32,000 nt of DNA from Candidatus Kuenenia stuttgartensis (GTDB lineage: Bacteria > Planctomycetota > Brocadiia > Brocadiales > Brocadiaceae), in contig NZ_LT934425.1 in the NCBI RefSeq assembly GCF_900232105.1, positions 1,380,001-1,412,000 of the forward strand. Direction: 5' to 3'. Position numbers and translations under genes: made by a program. Below the pieces are notes generated by a model, which searched no databases, had not been told where the DNA came from, and worked only from the letters and a program-made list of their open reading frames with translations. Below, in pieces: positions 24,502 through 32,000 of this stretch; the first letter of the stretch is position 1; each line of letters begins with the position of its first letter.

Positions 24502-27500
24502 TTATTTTGCAAGAGTGACGTTTACTTTCGGTTTATCTTTCACACCTTTTACAGCAAACTTCACGTTAGCTTTTCCTTTGCTCTTCTTCGCCTTCACGGT
24601 AAACGTTGCCTGGCCACTTGTATCTGTTGTTTCGCTGGCAGGCGTTACCTTAATCTTCTTCTTGTTAGCCGAAGTAAGCTTCCTCTTTACCTTCACGCCT
24701 TGTGCAGGGCAACCATCTTCATCTGTTACCAGCACTATAACGTCTTCGCTGTCACCTTTTGTAAGACTCAGGCTATCCGGTGTTACAGTAGCGGCTGAAG
24801 CAACTGCCTCATCCGGTTCCGGACATGGTCCTTTCGGTTCCAAGGTTACTGGCAGGATCGTTACCGGAGGTGTCACTGTTACCGTTACAACCGATGTGAG
24901 ATAGTCAGTTGCACTTACAGAAACCTCGTAATCACCGGCTTCGAGGGTAAAGGTAGCTCCACCACTTGCATCCGTAACTCCGGATTGTCCATCAACAGTC
25001 ACCGTAGCTCCTGCGATTGGAATGCCATCTCCATCCGCAACCGCAACTACCAATGTCGCAGTTGGTGGAGGCGTCACAGTTGGCGTTGTTATTGGTGTTC
25101 CCTGAACAGAAGCAACCAACGCGAAGTCGAGGTTTGTTGTCCCGCCTGCCGTTACTACTATAGCAGTAGGGGCTGAGGGAACGTAACCGAGAGCCACAGC
25201 GGTAAAGGTACGAGTTCCAGCTTCAACATTCGCAATCGAGTAGAACCCATCCGCGTCAGTTGTATCAGTGTAAATCCCTGACTGATTACGCACCGTCGCT
25301 CCTTCAATGCCATCCCCTGTCGCCGCATCCGTTACAAACCCTTCTACCGAACCGAGTCCAGGTATCAGAGATGGTGTTGGCGTTAGCCCAGGGGTTGGAG
25401 TTATTCCAGGCGTTGGAGTTACCCCAGGCGTTGGTGTAGGCGAAGGTGTTACAGCAGCCGTTATAGCAGCCGTATCCGTCACAGTCCTGGTTGACGATGT
25501 TGTATTTATCGTGTCTGAATAAGTCACCGTCAGCGTTTCACCTTCTGCTCCCTGAATCTGGTTAAATTCAGTAGTAGCACCGCTAGAAGTTACCAGGATA
25601 GACCCTACAAATGTTCCTGTGTCATTACCCGTTTCCACCAGCCTCATCTTCGTGCTGTTTACTGAAGATGTTTGAATAAACACATCATCTAACAACGTTT
25701 CAGTGCCTGTATGAGACGTATTTCTTTCTGCATCAGCCAATGTGACAATAGCATATGTGCCTAAACCATAGGAATCTGCATTAAACTCTATAGTCGCATC
25801 ATAAGAGCCAAATGACAGCGTCTCTGTGACGGTAGTGTTGGAAGGGCTGGAATCCGTGTATGTTACAGTAACAACCCCGCCTTCCTGTGCTTTCACCTTA
25901 CCTAAATTAGCACTTGTTTCAACTGTTTCTGTACCAGTGGTAAAGGTGGCAAGGAATGTTCCGGAGGTATTTCCGCTTTCTACAAGATCTAGCGTAAGAG
26001 CGCCACCTGTAGAGTAATTGCTGCCCTCTATCTTAAGCTTATCAGTCAACGTATCTTGCCCGGAAGTGGTATTCTGATCATCATCAACTACGGATACCAC
26101 CACAGTATCACCGCTCAGGTAGGCTTTCGCTTTACTCAATAATAAAGATCCTATGCTAGTCTCGATACTTAACGGACCGACCACCCTATAATTTGTAGAG
26201 TTGTCCTCTGCAGTAGCGCTTGGAGAATCATTATAATGAACATAAATGCTATCTCCGCTGGATACCTGCAATCTGTCGGAGCTATTCAAGGTGGAACTCG
26301 AACTAGACAATTGGAACGAACCTTTAAATGTTCCAGAGTTAACCGCAGTTTCTTCTAACTTAAAATCGATAGTGTTACTACTCTGATCTACCGATGAACT
26401 TAACACATTGCTAAGTTTGCTTGCATATAAAACCTTTGCAGTAAAGCCATTTTTAAACAAGCCATCAGGTGCATTAGAAGTCGAAGAACCTACCGGATTA
26501 CCCAATCCGTTTTCATTGTAAAAAGTCACATATCTTGTGCCACTTTCGGTACGATCTGGTTCGCTGGTAGTCTGCTTGGACGATGTACTCGTATTTAAAT
26601 CCTCATCAACCAATGTCACCACTACGTATTGATTAGGCCCAATGGTTCCAGATACATTGGTAGACAACTCTCCATCATATGTTTGAAAACCTACATCTGA
26701 AGCAGTCGCAGCCAAAGTATCACCCGCCTTATAGTTACCATCTGCATCTTTGGCATCATTATAACGAATGCGATAGGTTGCGCCAAAAAATCCACCGATG
26801 CGGAATACTTTCGCACCGTTGGAAAGTGTGTCCTCACGAGCCGTAGTCATATCATTTCCTATCACCTGGATCCATGTCTTGTATGGTGTAAATGATGTAG
26901 AACTCGCCAGCTTAGTAACAACCATCGTAGAACCCGCGACTGAAACTACTTCCTGAAATTCCTGAGAAAAATCATCACGTACTCTTACCACTGACCCGGT
27001 ACCAATGAATGAATCCAATCGATTGGTAGAATTGAACTCAGAATTTGCAAACGTAATTGTCGTGTAATCCGTGGAATCTGAAAACGCTGTAGTCCTCGTA
27101 AGAGTTGTATCTGTCGTGACCCTAGCCGCTGTATAATCAAATCCAACCGTACCTACAAAAGTTGCCGAATTTGCCCCGGTTTCTGTCACTGGGATAGCAA
27201 TCCATCTCGTACCATCAGGCGATATTTCAACGGTATCACCCAACCCATCAAGAGTCGCAACAAAAGATGACGTGGTCGCAGAGCTCAGGAAACTCTTCGC
27301 AGCACTTGAAGCTCCTTTCATAAGGGCGTTAGTATCAACACTCTGAGTGCCCAATGTAAAGGTTGCGCTGCCGGCCGAACTGCTACGGGTACCTGGAGTA
27401 CCAATATAACCACTGCTTGGATCTTTTGGAATAATCCAAACCAGAGAATTATCGGTGTTAGATACACGTATAGCCGATGACGTTCCGACAGAAGTACCAT

Positions 27501-29277
27501 CCTTAAAACTCAACGAAAGCGCATTGCCAACCCCTTCTCCAGAGCCAGAGGAATACGCCGCCACCTTCAAACGATCGCCTCTCTCCGCCGTGGTGGTGCC
27601 ATTCCATGAATCCTCACCGACTGACTGCGAAGTAGAACTTGAAGTGTTAAGGTTATCATCAATCACAGTGACTGTTAAGAAATCATTTATATCAACAGTG
27701 GTTTTATCAACAGACAACTCCCCGGTTTTCCCGGCAATTCCAAATGAAATATTGGCCGAAACCGTCCCTGCTTGTCCGTTAGATTTCAACAAATCTAGAT
27801 AAGAAACCTTCAAGGTATCACCATCTCTCGGACCAACCAGCCTGAAGCCGTCAAAAACTACGCTAACGCTACCGTAGCCGCTATTGGCTATAATATCACC
27901 TTCAGTACCAAGTCCAGCCGAATCATTAGGTGTGCTAAACGAGCTCACTGCAATCAAACAATATGAACTTCCATCCATCAACTTAACAAGCTTAGAACCT
28001 GTTGCCGCATAATTAGAGGAACTACTCGGCAAGCCCCAAGCAGAAACCGCATATCCAGTACTGGTCTGTGTTCCATAACACACAACTTTGTGGCCGGTTT
28101 GAGTATCTCCGAGCGATAATGAACTTGTGCCAAAGGCTACAAGAGATGCTCCGACATCTGCCCTAGGGGCAGAAGTTGCGTCAAAAACAACACTGACTGT
28201 TCCATAAGTTTCGGTTGATGTACCATTATAAATAAGCGCAATACCGCCGTTTGCGTTCGCCTCGACAATCCGAAATGTACACGAAACAGTACCGGCCCCC
28301 AAGGTAATATCCTGCCCCTGATAGTAAGATTCAGAACTGCTTCCAACTTTCAGATTTCCTACCAAATCACTAGCCGCAACGGTAGTTGTAGTGCCGTACA
28401 CATAACCGCTTGCCGTAAAAACCCCGGTATTATTACCCGTCTCCACAAGCATTATATGCCTTGCGACAATAGATGTGCCGCCCAAGGATAACGTGTCGCC
28501 CGTATCAGAGGATTGATCAACTGCAGAAATCTGCACCATTGAAGATGCCGTACCCCTTGTGTCACCCGTTGTAAACCCGTCATAAAACCCAATAACATCC
28601 CTGACGACGGGATTAAGGTTTTCATCAGGATCTGAAATACTTAAAATAATATTCCCGTTTGATGGCAAGCCTTCAACCGAGGTAACGCTGGACGGTGAAG
28701 AACTAATGCTACCACTATTGAAACCTACCGTTGCGGTATCCAACGTTGATCCGCCATACAATAGCTCTAAAGTGGAACCCTCCGCAACTTTCAAATCCCC
28801 ACTAGTGGCAGACTGCGCATTTCCACCGATGTTCGCAGCATTCAGCCTCAAATCCAATCCAACAATGCTGTTTCCAAGGACTGAGTACCAATAACTCCCT
28901 GCAAGATCTTCCACATATCCGGAAGTAGTCCCCAAAGCCCTGTAATTGGGCTGTACTGTACCAGTAGTGGTAAATACCGTAGAAGTGTTACCCGTTTCGA
29001 GCAAAATAAACGAGGTAGCGTCGTCTACACCAGCTCTTACCGTTACCGTAATGGTATCCGGAGAACTTGTCGTATTACCTGAGCTGTCTGTCACAGAAAT
29101 CCACGCACGATCGTAATCGTTACCCCCAGCTTTTTCTGGCAGATAGCGATCACGGTCAAAACTCCCCGTGGCGGCCTTTGCGTTTGACGCTACGCCCATA
29201 ACCAGGGCCAGCATCAAAAACAAAACACCTGCCATGCTTAACCAATTGCCTTTTAAATTTAATCCAGGTCTTTTCAT
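24502..29277 (-). CDS. Giant secreted Thr/Ser-rich surface (S-layer-like) protein, 1591 aa
   Basis: Signal peptide (MAGVLFLMLALVMGVASNAKA/AT). Six repeats of a three-part signature: VxVxDxDxN, L-x-E-T/S-G-N-x-x-G-x-F, and G-x-x-h-x-V-x-Y-x-D. PT linker TPSPTPTPGVTPTPGITPTPGLTPTPS (about nt 25363-25452). Two carboxypeptidase-regulatory-like beta-sandwich modules and a Lys-rich Ig-like C-terminal module. GGAG lies 11 nt before the ATG and a strong terminator follows. The resemblance to Kuenenia Kustd1514 is from memory only. Confidence 0.8.
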   Translation of the reverse strand: MKRPGLNLKGNWLSMAGVLFLMLALVMGVASNAKAATGSFDRDRYLPEKAGGNDYDRAWISVTDSSGNTTSSPDTITVTVRAGVDDATSFILLETGNTSTVFTTTGTVQPNYRALGTTSGYVEDLAGSYWYSVLGNSIVGLDLRLNAANIGGNAQSATSGDLKVAEGSTLELLYGGSTLDTATVGFNSGSISSSPSSVTSVEGLPSNGNIILSISDPDENLNPVVRDVIGFYDGFTTGDTRGTASSMVQISAVDQSSDTGDTLSLGGTSIVARHIMLVETGNNTGVFTASGYVYGTTTTVAASDLVGNLKVGSSSESYYQGQDITLGAGTVSCTFRIVEANANGGIALIYNGTSTETYGTVSVVFDATSAPRADVGASLVAFGTSSLSLGDTQTGHKVVCYGTQTSTGYAVSAWGLPSSSSNYAATGSKLVKLMDGSSYCLIAVSSFSTPNDSAGLGTEGDIIANSGYGSVSVVFDGFRLVGPRDGDTLKVSYLDLLKSNGQAGTVSANISFGIAGKTGELSVDKTTVDINDFLTVTVIDDNLNTSSSTSQSVGEDSWNGTTTAERGDRLKVAAYSSGSGEGVGNALSLSFKDGTSVGTSSAIRVSNTDNSLVWIIPKDPSSGYIGTPGTRSSSAGSATFTLGTQSVDTNALMKGASSAAKSFLSSATTSSFVATLDGLGDTVEISPDGTRWIAIPVTETGANSATFVGTVGFDYTAARVTTDTTLTRTTAFSDSTDYTTITFANSEFNSTNRLDSFIGTGSVVRVRDDFSQEFQEVVSVAGSTMVVTKLASSTSFTPYKTWIQVIGNDMTTAREDTLSNGAKVFRIGGFFGATYRIRYNDAKDADGNYKAGDTLAATASDVGFQTYDGELSTNVSGTIGPNQYVVVTLVDEDLNTSTSSKQTTSEPDRTESGTRYVTFYNENGLGNPVGSSTSNAPDGLFKNGFTAKVLYASKLSNVLSSSVDQSSNTIDFKLEETAVNSGTFKGSFQLSSSSSTLNSSDRLQVSSGDSIYVHYNDSPSATAEDNSTNYRVVGPLSIETSIGSLLLSKAKAYLSGDTVVVSVVDDDQNTTSGQDTLTDKLKIEGSNYSTGGALTLDLVESGNTSGTFLATFTTGTETVETSANLGKVKAQEGGVVTVTYTDSSPSNTTVTETLSFGSYDATIEFNADSYGLGTYAIVTLADAERNTSHTGTETLLDDVFIQTSSVNSTKMRLVETGNDTGTFVGSILVTSSGATTEFNQIQGAEGETLTVTYSDTINTTSSTRTVTDTAAITAAVTPSPTPTPGVTPTPGITPTPGLTPTPSLIPGLGSVEGFVTDAATGDGIEGATVRNQSGIYTDTTDADGFYSIANVEAGTRTFTAVALGYVPSAPTAIVVTAGGTTNLDFALVASVQGTPITTPTVTPPPTATLVVAVADGDGIPIAGATVTVDGQSGVTDASGGATFTLEAGDYEVSVSATDYLTSVVTVTVTPPVTILPVTLEPKGPCPEPDEAVASAATVTPDSLSLTKGDSEDVIVLVTDEDGCPAQGVKVKRKLTSANKKKIKVTPASETTDTSGQATFTVKAKKSKGKANVKFAVKGVKDKPKVNVTLAK

Positions 29278-29734
29278 ATCCTACACATCTCCTTTTACTA
29301 AGACCAACATGAATATGCTTCCAATAAAATTCCGCCCATACATTGGCAGCCACAAGGGCTGCCCCAACATTACATCATGATAATTTTTTAACTCCCAATG
29401 TACTACGACCCCCTTCTGAAATCACACCACCTCCTTTTCAGGAATGCGAATTATGATAAGAGATGGGAAAACTGCACGTGCGTTTCTCTGCTCGTTACCT
29501 TGCCGCGATAGCGCAGGCCTTGGCAGAAAAACCAACTACTTTCTTCCTTATATTCACCCTCCTTTCCTAAATAATAACGCACGATTGTGTATTCAACTAT
29601 TAGACAAGCTAAGACATTTTAGATTTTTTTAATCTGTGTAATCTTTGGTTTCTTTGGTTTTTTTTATTAATTTATGATTTTTAAATCGTAATTCCTAACA
29701 ATATGCCCTGTATAGCTAAACCCCGGTGTCGCAG

Positions 29735-29763
29735 AATATAGCACGCAATCAGATGACAGTCAA
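29735..29763 (-). promoter_or_regulatory. Candidate sigma-70-type promoter for the S-layer gene (long leader)
   Basis: The minus strand reads TTGACT (29763-29758), a 17-nt spacer, and TGc-TATATT (29740-29735). This would give a leader of about 450 nt. Weaker alternatives exist nearer the gene. Confidence 0.35.
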
Positions 29764-29830
29764 CTAAAAAATCAATTTTTCCCAAACTTTACAAAAGAGT
29801 AACACACAGCGTTTTAAAGGGTTAACGTTG

Positions 29831-29914
29831 GAAGTCAGAAGTCAGAAGTCAGAAGCCAGAAGCCAGAAGTCAGAAGTCAGAAGTCAGAAGTCAGAAGCCA
29901 GAAGCCAGAGGTCA
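29831..29914. repeat. Heptamer tandem repeat (GAAGTCA/GAAGCCA) x12
   Basis: Read directly. The homologous position in the next two units has only about 3 units. Confidence 0.9.
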
Positions 29915-29960
29915 TAGGGCAGAAGTCGGCAGTCGGCAAATTACAGATTGAGGATTGCAG

Positions 29961-30016
29961 ACTGGGGACTGGGGACTGGGGACTGGGGACTGGGGACTGG
30001 GGACTGGGGACTGGGA
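29961..30016. repeat. Heptamer tandem repeat (ACTGGGG) x8
   Basis: Read directly. The homologous positions at 31011-31024 and 31930-31943 have 2 units. Confidence 0.9.
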
Positions 30017-30058
30017 ACATCTCTCGTTCCCAAGCATCTCTCGTTCCCAGTCTCTCTC

Positions 30059-30264
30059 GTTCCCAAGCTCCGGCGTACACCCTTGTTCCCAAGCTCCGGC
30101 GCACACCCTTGTTCCCAAGCTCCGGCGCACACCCTTGTTCCCAAGCTCCGGCGCACACCCTCGTTCCCAAGCTCCGGCGCACACCCTCGTTCCCAAGCTC
30201 CGGCGTACACCCTTGTTCCCAAGCTCCGGCGTACACCCTTGTTCCCAAGCTCCGGCTTGGGAAT
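30059..30264. repeat. 26-bp tandem array (7 units) of REP half-sites ending in a complete REP palindrome
   Basis: The unit GTTCCCAAGCTCCGGCGyACACCCTy starts at 30059, 30085, 30111, 30137, 30163, 30189 and 30215. The last unit (30241) is completed to GTTCCCAAGC-TCCG-GCTTGGGAA. Confidence 0.9.
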
Positions 30265-30293
30265 ACGCTTATACCAGAAGCTCCAGCTTCTTT

Positions 30294-30827
30294 TCATAAT
30301 TCAATTTGATCTATCTCGATACATCCTTTGCCATAAAGGTAATTCCCTGCGCTCGAATAAACCCAATGTCCGGCATCTTCTACCAGCCCCCTTCTTACAG
30401 GATTGCAATGTATATATGCAACCTTTTGTCTAAACACATCCTCCTGCGCAACCACCTGCGGGTGGAATCCTTCCTGCCATACCTGATATTCGCTGGTAGC
30501 CTTGTGTCCTTTTTTATAAAATTCAAACTGTTTCAGAAGCCGCTTCCTCTGATTCTCTTTTGCTATCCGTATAATTTCCCGCGCAGTATAGCTCTTAAAA
30601 TCTCTTATTATTCCAGACACCGCCTCTGACGAAACAAGAAGGTGTATATGGGTATCCATTACAACATAAGCAAACAATCGCAGCCCTTTTTTCTGTCTGC
30701 AATAAGTTAACGAATTGACTATGATGTCGCAAAATATCTTTTCTGTAAATACCGGTAGCCACCCGACAATTGTAGAGGTTATAAAATACAGGTTGCTGTT
30801 TTTTACTATTTTGTAACGTGATCTCAT
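30294..30827 (-). CDS. REP-associated tyrosine transposase (RAYT; IS200/IS605-like Y1 HUH protein), copy 1
   Basis: HUH motif VVMDTHIHLLV and C-terminal catalytic-Tyr region KVAYIHCNPVRRGLV; 177 aa; REP palindromes on both flanks. Confidence 0.8.
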   Translation of the reverse strand: MRSRYKIVKNSNLYFITSTIVGWLPVFTEKIFCDIIVNSLTYCRQKKGLRLFAYVVMDTHIHLLVSSEAVSGIIRDFKSYTAREIIRIAKENQRKRLLKQFEFYKKGHKATSEYQVWQEGFHPQVVAQEDVFRQKVAYIHCNPVRRGLVEDAGHWVYSSAGNYLYGKGCIEIDQIEL

Positions 30828-30863
30828 GATTTTCCGCGCAAAGCATCGCTTTTACCGCATGTA

Positions 30864-30923
30864 CGTTCCCAAGCCGGAGCTTGGGAACGAGGGTGTGCAC
30901 CGGAACTTGGGAACGAGGGTGAA
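30864..30923. repeat. REP palindrome plus an inverted 26-bp unit upstream of RAYT copy 1
   Basis: CGTTCCCAAGC-CGGA-GCTTGGGAACG followed by AGGGTGTGCACCGGAACTTGGGAACGAGGGTG. The latter is the reverse complement of the 26-bp unit found on the other side of the gene. Confidence 0.9.
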
Positions 30924-31067
30924 ACAGTCCTCAATCGGCAATCGGCAGTCAGAAGTCAGAGGTCTGAAGTCGGCAGTCGGCAGTCGGCAAATTACAGATT
31001 GAGGATTGCAGACTGGGGACTGGGAACACCTCTCGTTCCCAGGCATCTCTAGTTCCCAGTCTCTCTC

Positions 31068-31169
31068 GTTCCCAAGCTCCGGCGCACACCCTCGTTCCCA
31101 AGCTCCGGCGTACACCCTTGTTCCCAAGCTCCGGCGTACACCCTTGTTCCCAAGCTCCGGCTTGGGAAT
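31068..31169. repeat. 26-bp tandem array (3 units) plus terminal REP palindrome
   Basis: Units start at 31068, 31094 and 31120; the terminal palindrome is at 31146-31169. Confidence 0.9.
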
Positions 31170-31198
31170 ACGCTTATGCCAGAAGCTCCAGCTTCTTT

Positions 31199-31732
31199 TC
31201 ATAATTCAATTTGATCTATCTCGATACATCCTTTGCCATAAAGGTAATTCCCTGCGCTCGAATAAACCCAATGTCCGGCATCTTCTACCAGCCCCCTTCT
31301 TACAGGATTGCAATGTATATATGCAACCTTTTGTCTAAGCACATCCTCCTGCGCAACCATCTGCGGGTGGAATCCTTCCTGCCATACCTGATATTCGCTG
31401 GTCGCCTTGTGTCCTTTTTTGTAAAATTCAAACTGTTTCAGAAGCCGCTTCCTCTGATTCTCTTTTGCTATCCGTATAATTTCCCGCGCAGTATAGCTCT
31501 TAAAATCTCTTATTATTTCAGACGCCGCCTCTGACGAAACAAGGAGGTGTATATGGGTATCCATTACAACATAAGCAAACAATCGCAGCCCTTTTTTCTG
31601 TCTGCAATAAGTTAACGAATTGACTATGATGTCGCAAAATATCTTTTCTGTAAATACCGGTAGCCACCCGACAATTGTAGAGGTTATAAAATACAGGTTG
31701 CTGTTTTTTACTATTTTGTAACGTGACCTCAT
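31199..31732 (-). CDS. REP-associated tyrosine transposase (RAYT), copy 2
   Basis: 177 aa, differing from copy 1 at 4 residues (AVSGI/AASEI, QVVAQEDVF/QMVAQEDVL), with the same flanking palindromes. Confidence 0.8.
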   Translation of the reverse strand: MRSRYKIVKNSNLYFITSTIVGWLPVFTEKIFCDIIVNSLTYCRQKKGLRLFAYVVMDTHIHLLVSSEAASEIIRDFKSYTAREIIRIAKENQRKRLLKQFEFYKKGHKATSEYQVWQEGFHPQMVAQEDVLRQKVAYIHCNPVRRGLVEDAGHWVYSSAGNYLYGKGCIEIDQIEL

Positions 31733-31768
31733 GATTTTCCACGCAAAGCATCGCTTTTACCGCATGTA

Positions 31769-31828
31769 CGTTCCCAAGCCGGAGCTTGGGAACGAGGGTG
31801 TGCACCGGGGCTTGGGAACGAGGGTGAA
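31769..31828. repeat. REP palindrome plus an inverted 26-bp unit upstream of RAYT copy 2
   Basis: Same sequence as 30864-30923 except GGGG for GGAA in the second unit. Confidence 0.9.
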
Positions 31829-32000
31829 ACAGTCTTCAATCGGCAATCGGCAATCGGCAATCGGCAGTCAGAAGTCAGAGGTCTGAAGTCGGCAGTCGGC
31901 AGTCGGCAAATTACAGATTGAGGATTGCAGACTGGGGACTGGGAACACCTCTCGTTCCCAGGCATCTCTAGTTCCCAGTCTCTCTCGTTCCCAAGCTCCG

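Larger units (their letters stand above)
30294..32000 (-). mobile_element. Head-to-tail 905-bp RAYT/REP units (two complete, a third starting and running off the window)
   Basis: 30294 to 31199 and 30864 to 31769 are each offset by exactly 905 bp. The spacer after copy 2 (31733-32000) repeats the spacer after copy 1 with a different heptamer copy number. Confidence 0.85.

Noticed and set aside
24473-28894. Plus-strand ORFs of 60-143 aa inside the S-layer gene (for example 24473-24904, 25307-25522, 27455-27802)
   Set aside because: They are antisense shadows of a long, compositionally biased gene. Their sequences are low-complexity mirror images (for example GVGVTPGVGV opposite the PT linker).
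29444-29632. 62-aa plus-strand ORF upstream of the S-layer gene
   Set aside because: It has no RBS, runs into a dispersed repeat, and lies in the likely S-layer leader on the opposite strand. It is treated as non-coding.
30017-30264. Possible CRISPR array, given regular 26-bp direct repeats (also at 31068-31169)
   Set aside because: The repeats are contiguous with no spacers. Each unit is a REP half-site, the arrays flank a transposase-like gene, and no cas genes are present.
29877-30433. Overlapping ORFs of 66-161 aa on both strands across the repeat arrays (also 30595-31338, 31518-31965)
   Set aside because: They are translations of the heptamer and 26-bp tandem repeats, giving periodic peptides such as GTRVCAGAWEQGC and PVPSPQS in every frame and on both strands. 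There is no independent coding evidence.

Overview
This 32-kb chromosomal window is moderately AT-rich by eye and reads like an anammox-type planctomycete. That placement is an inference from three things: an octahaem c-type cytochrome, a 1591-aa Thr/Ser-rich S-layer-like protein, and an unusually repeat-laden intergenic style. From memory the S-layer-like protein resembles the O-glycosylated Kuenenia stuttgartiensis S-layer protein Kustd1514; I cannot verify this without a search. Conventional genes: the tail of a membrane protein plus a membrane-anchored octahaem cytochrome c (1-3158); a secreted TPR protein; an FlgM-like protein; an overlapping eno / ftsB-like / proA operon; accA; carbamate kinase plus a COG2403-type P-loop protein; a MurI-like protein; phoU; small toxin-antitoxin-like genes; two paralogous polytopic-membrane+TPR (TMTC/PMT-like) proteins; and the 4.8-kb S-layer gene with a textbook terminator. 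Almost every intergenic region carries mobile or repetitive DNA. (1) At the right edge, 905-bp head-to-tail units each hold a RAYT-type HUH/Y1 transposase gene bracketed by inverted REP palindromes (GTTCCCAAGC-N4-GCTTGGGAAC), with 26-bp REP half-site arrays and variable heptamer tracts; the same REP is scattered at 8 or more other loci. (2) A 387-bp cassette encodes a 95-98-aa GIY-YIG nuclease between perfect 30-bp inverted repeats, accompanied by one truncated copy, two 240-bp internally deleted derivatives and one solo end. (3) A MITE family has 14-bp terminal inverted repeats and 8-bp target-site duplications (two complete copies). (4) Many 7-bp tandem repeat tracts and an ACGAAGTACGA motif sit directly after stop codons. 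The MurI-like protein has Ser at both positions where glutamate racemases carry their catalytic Cys.
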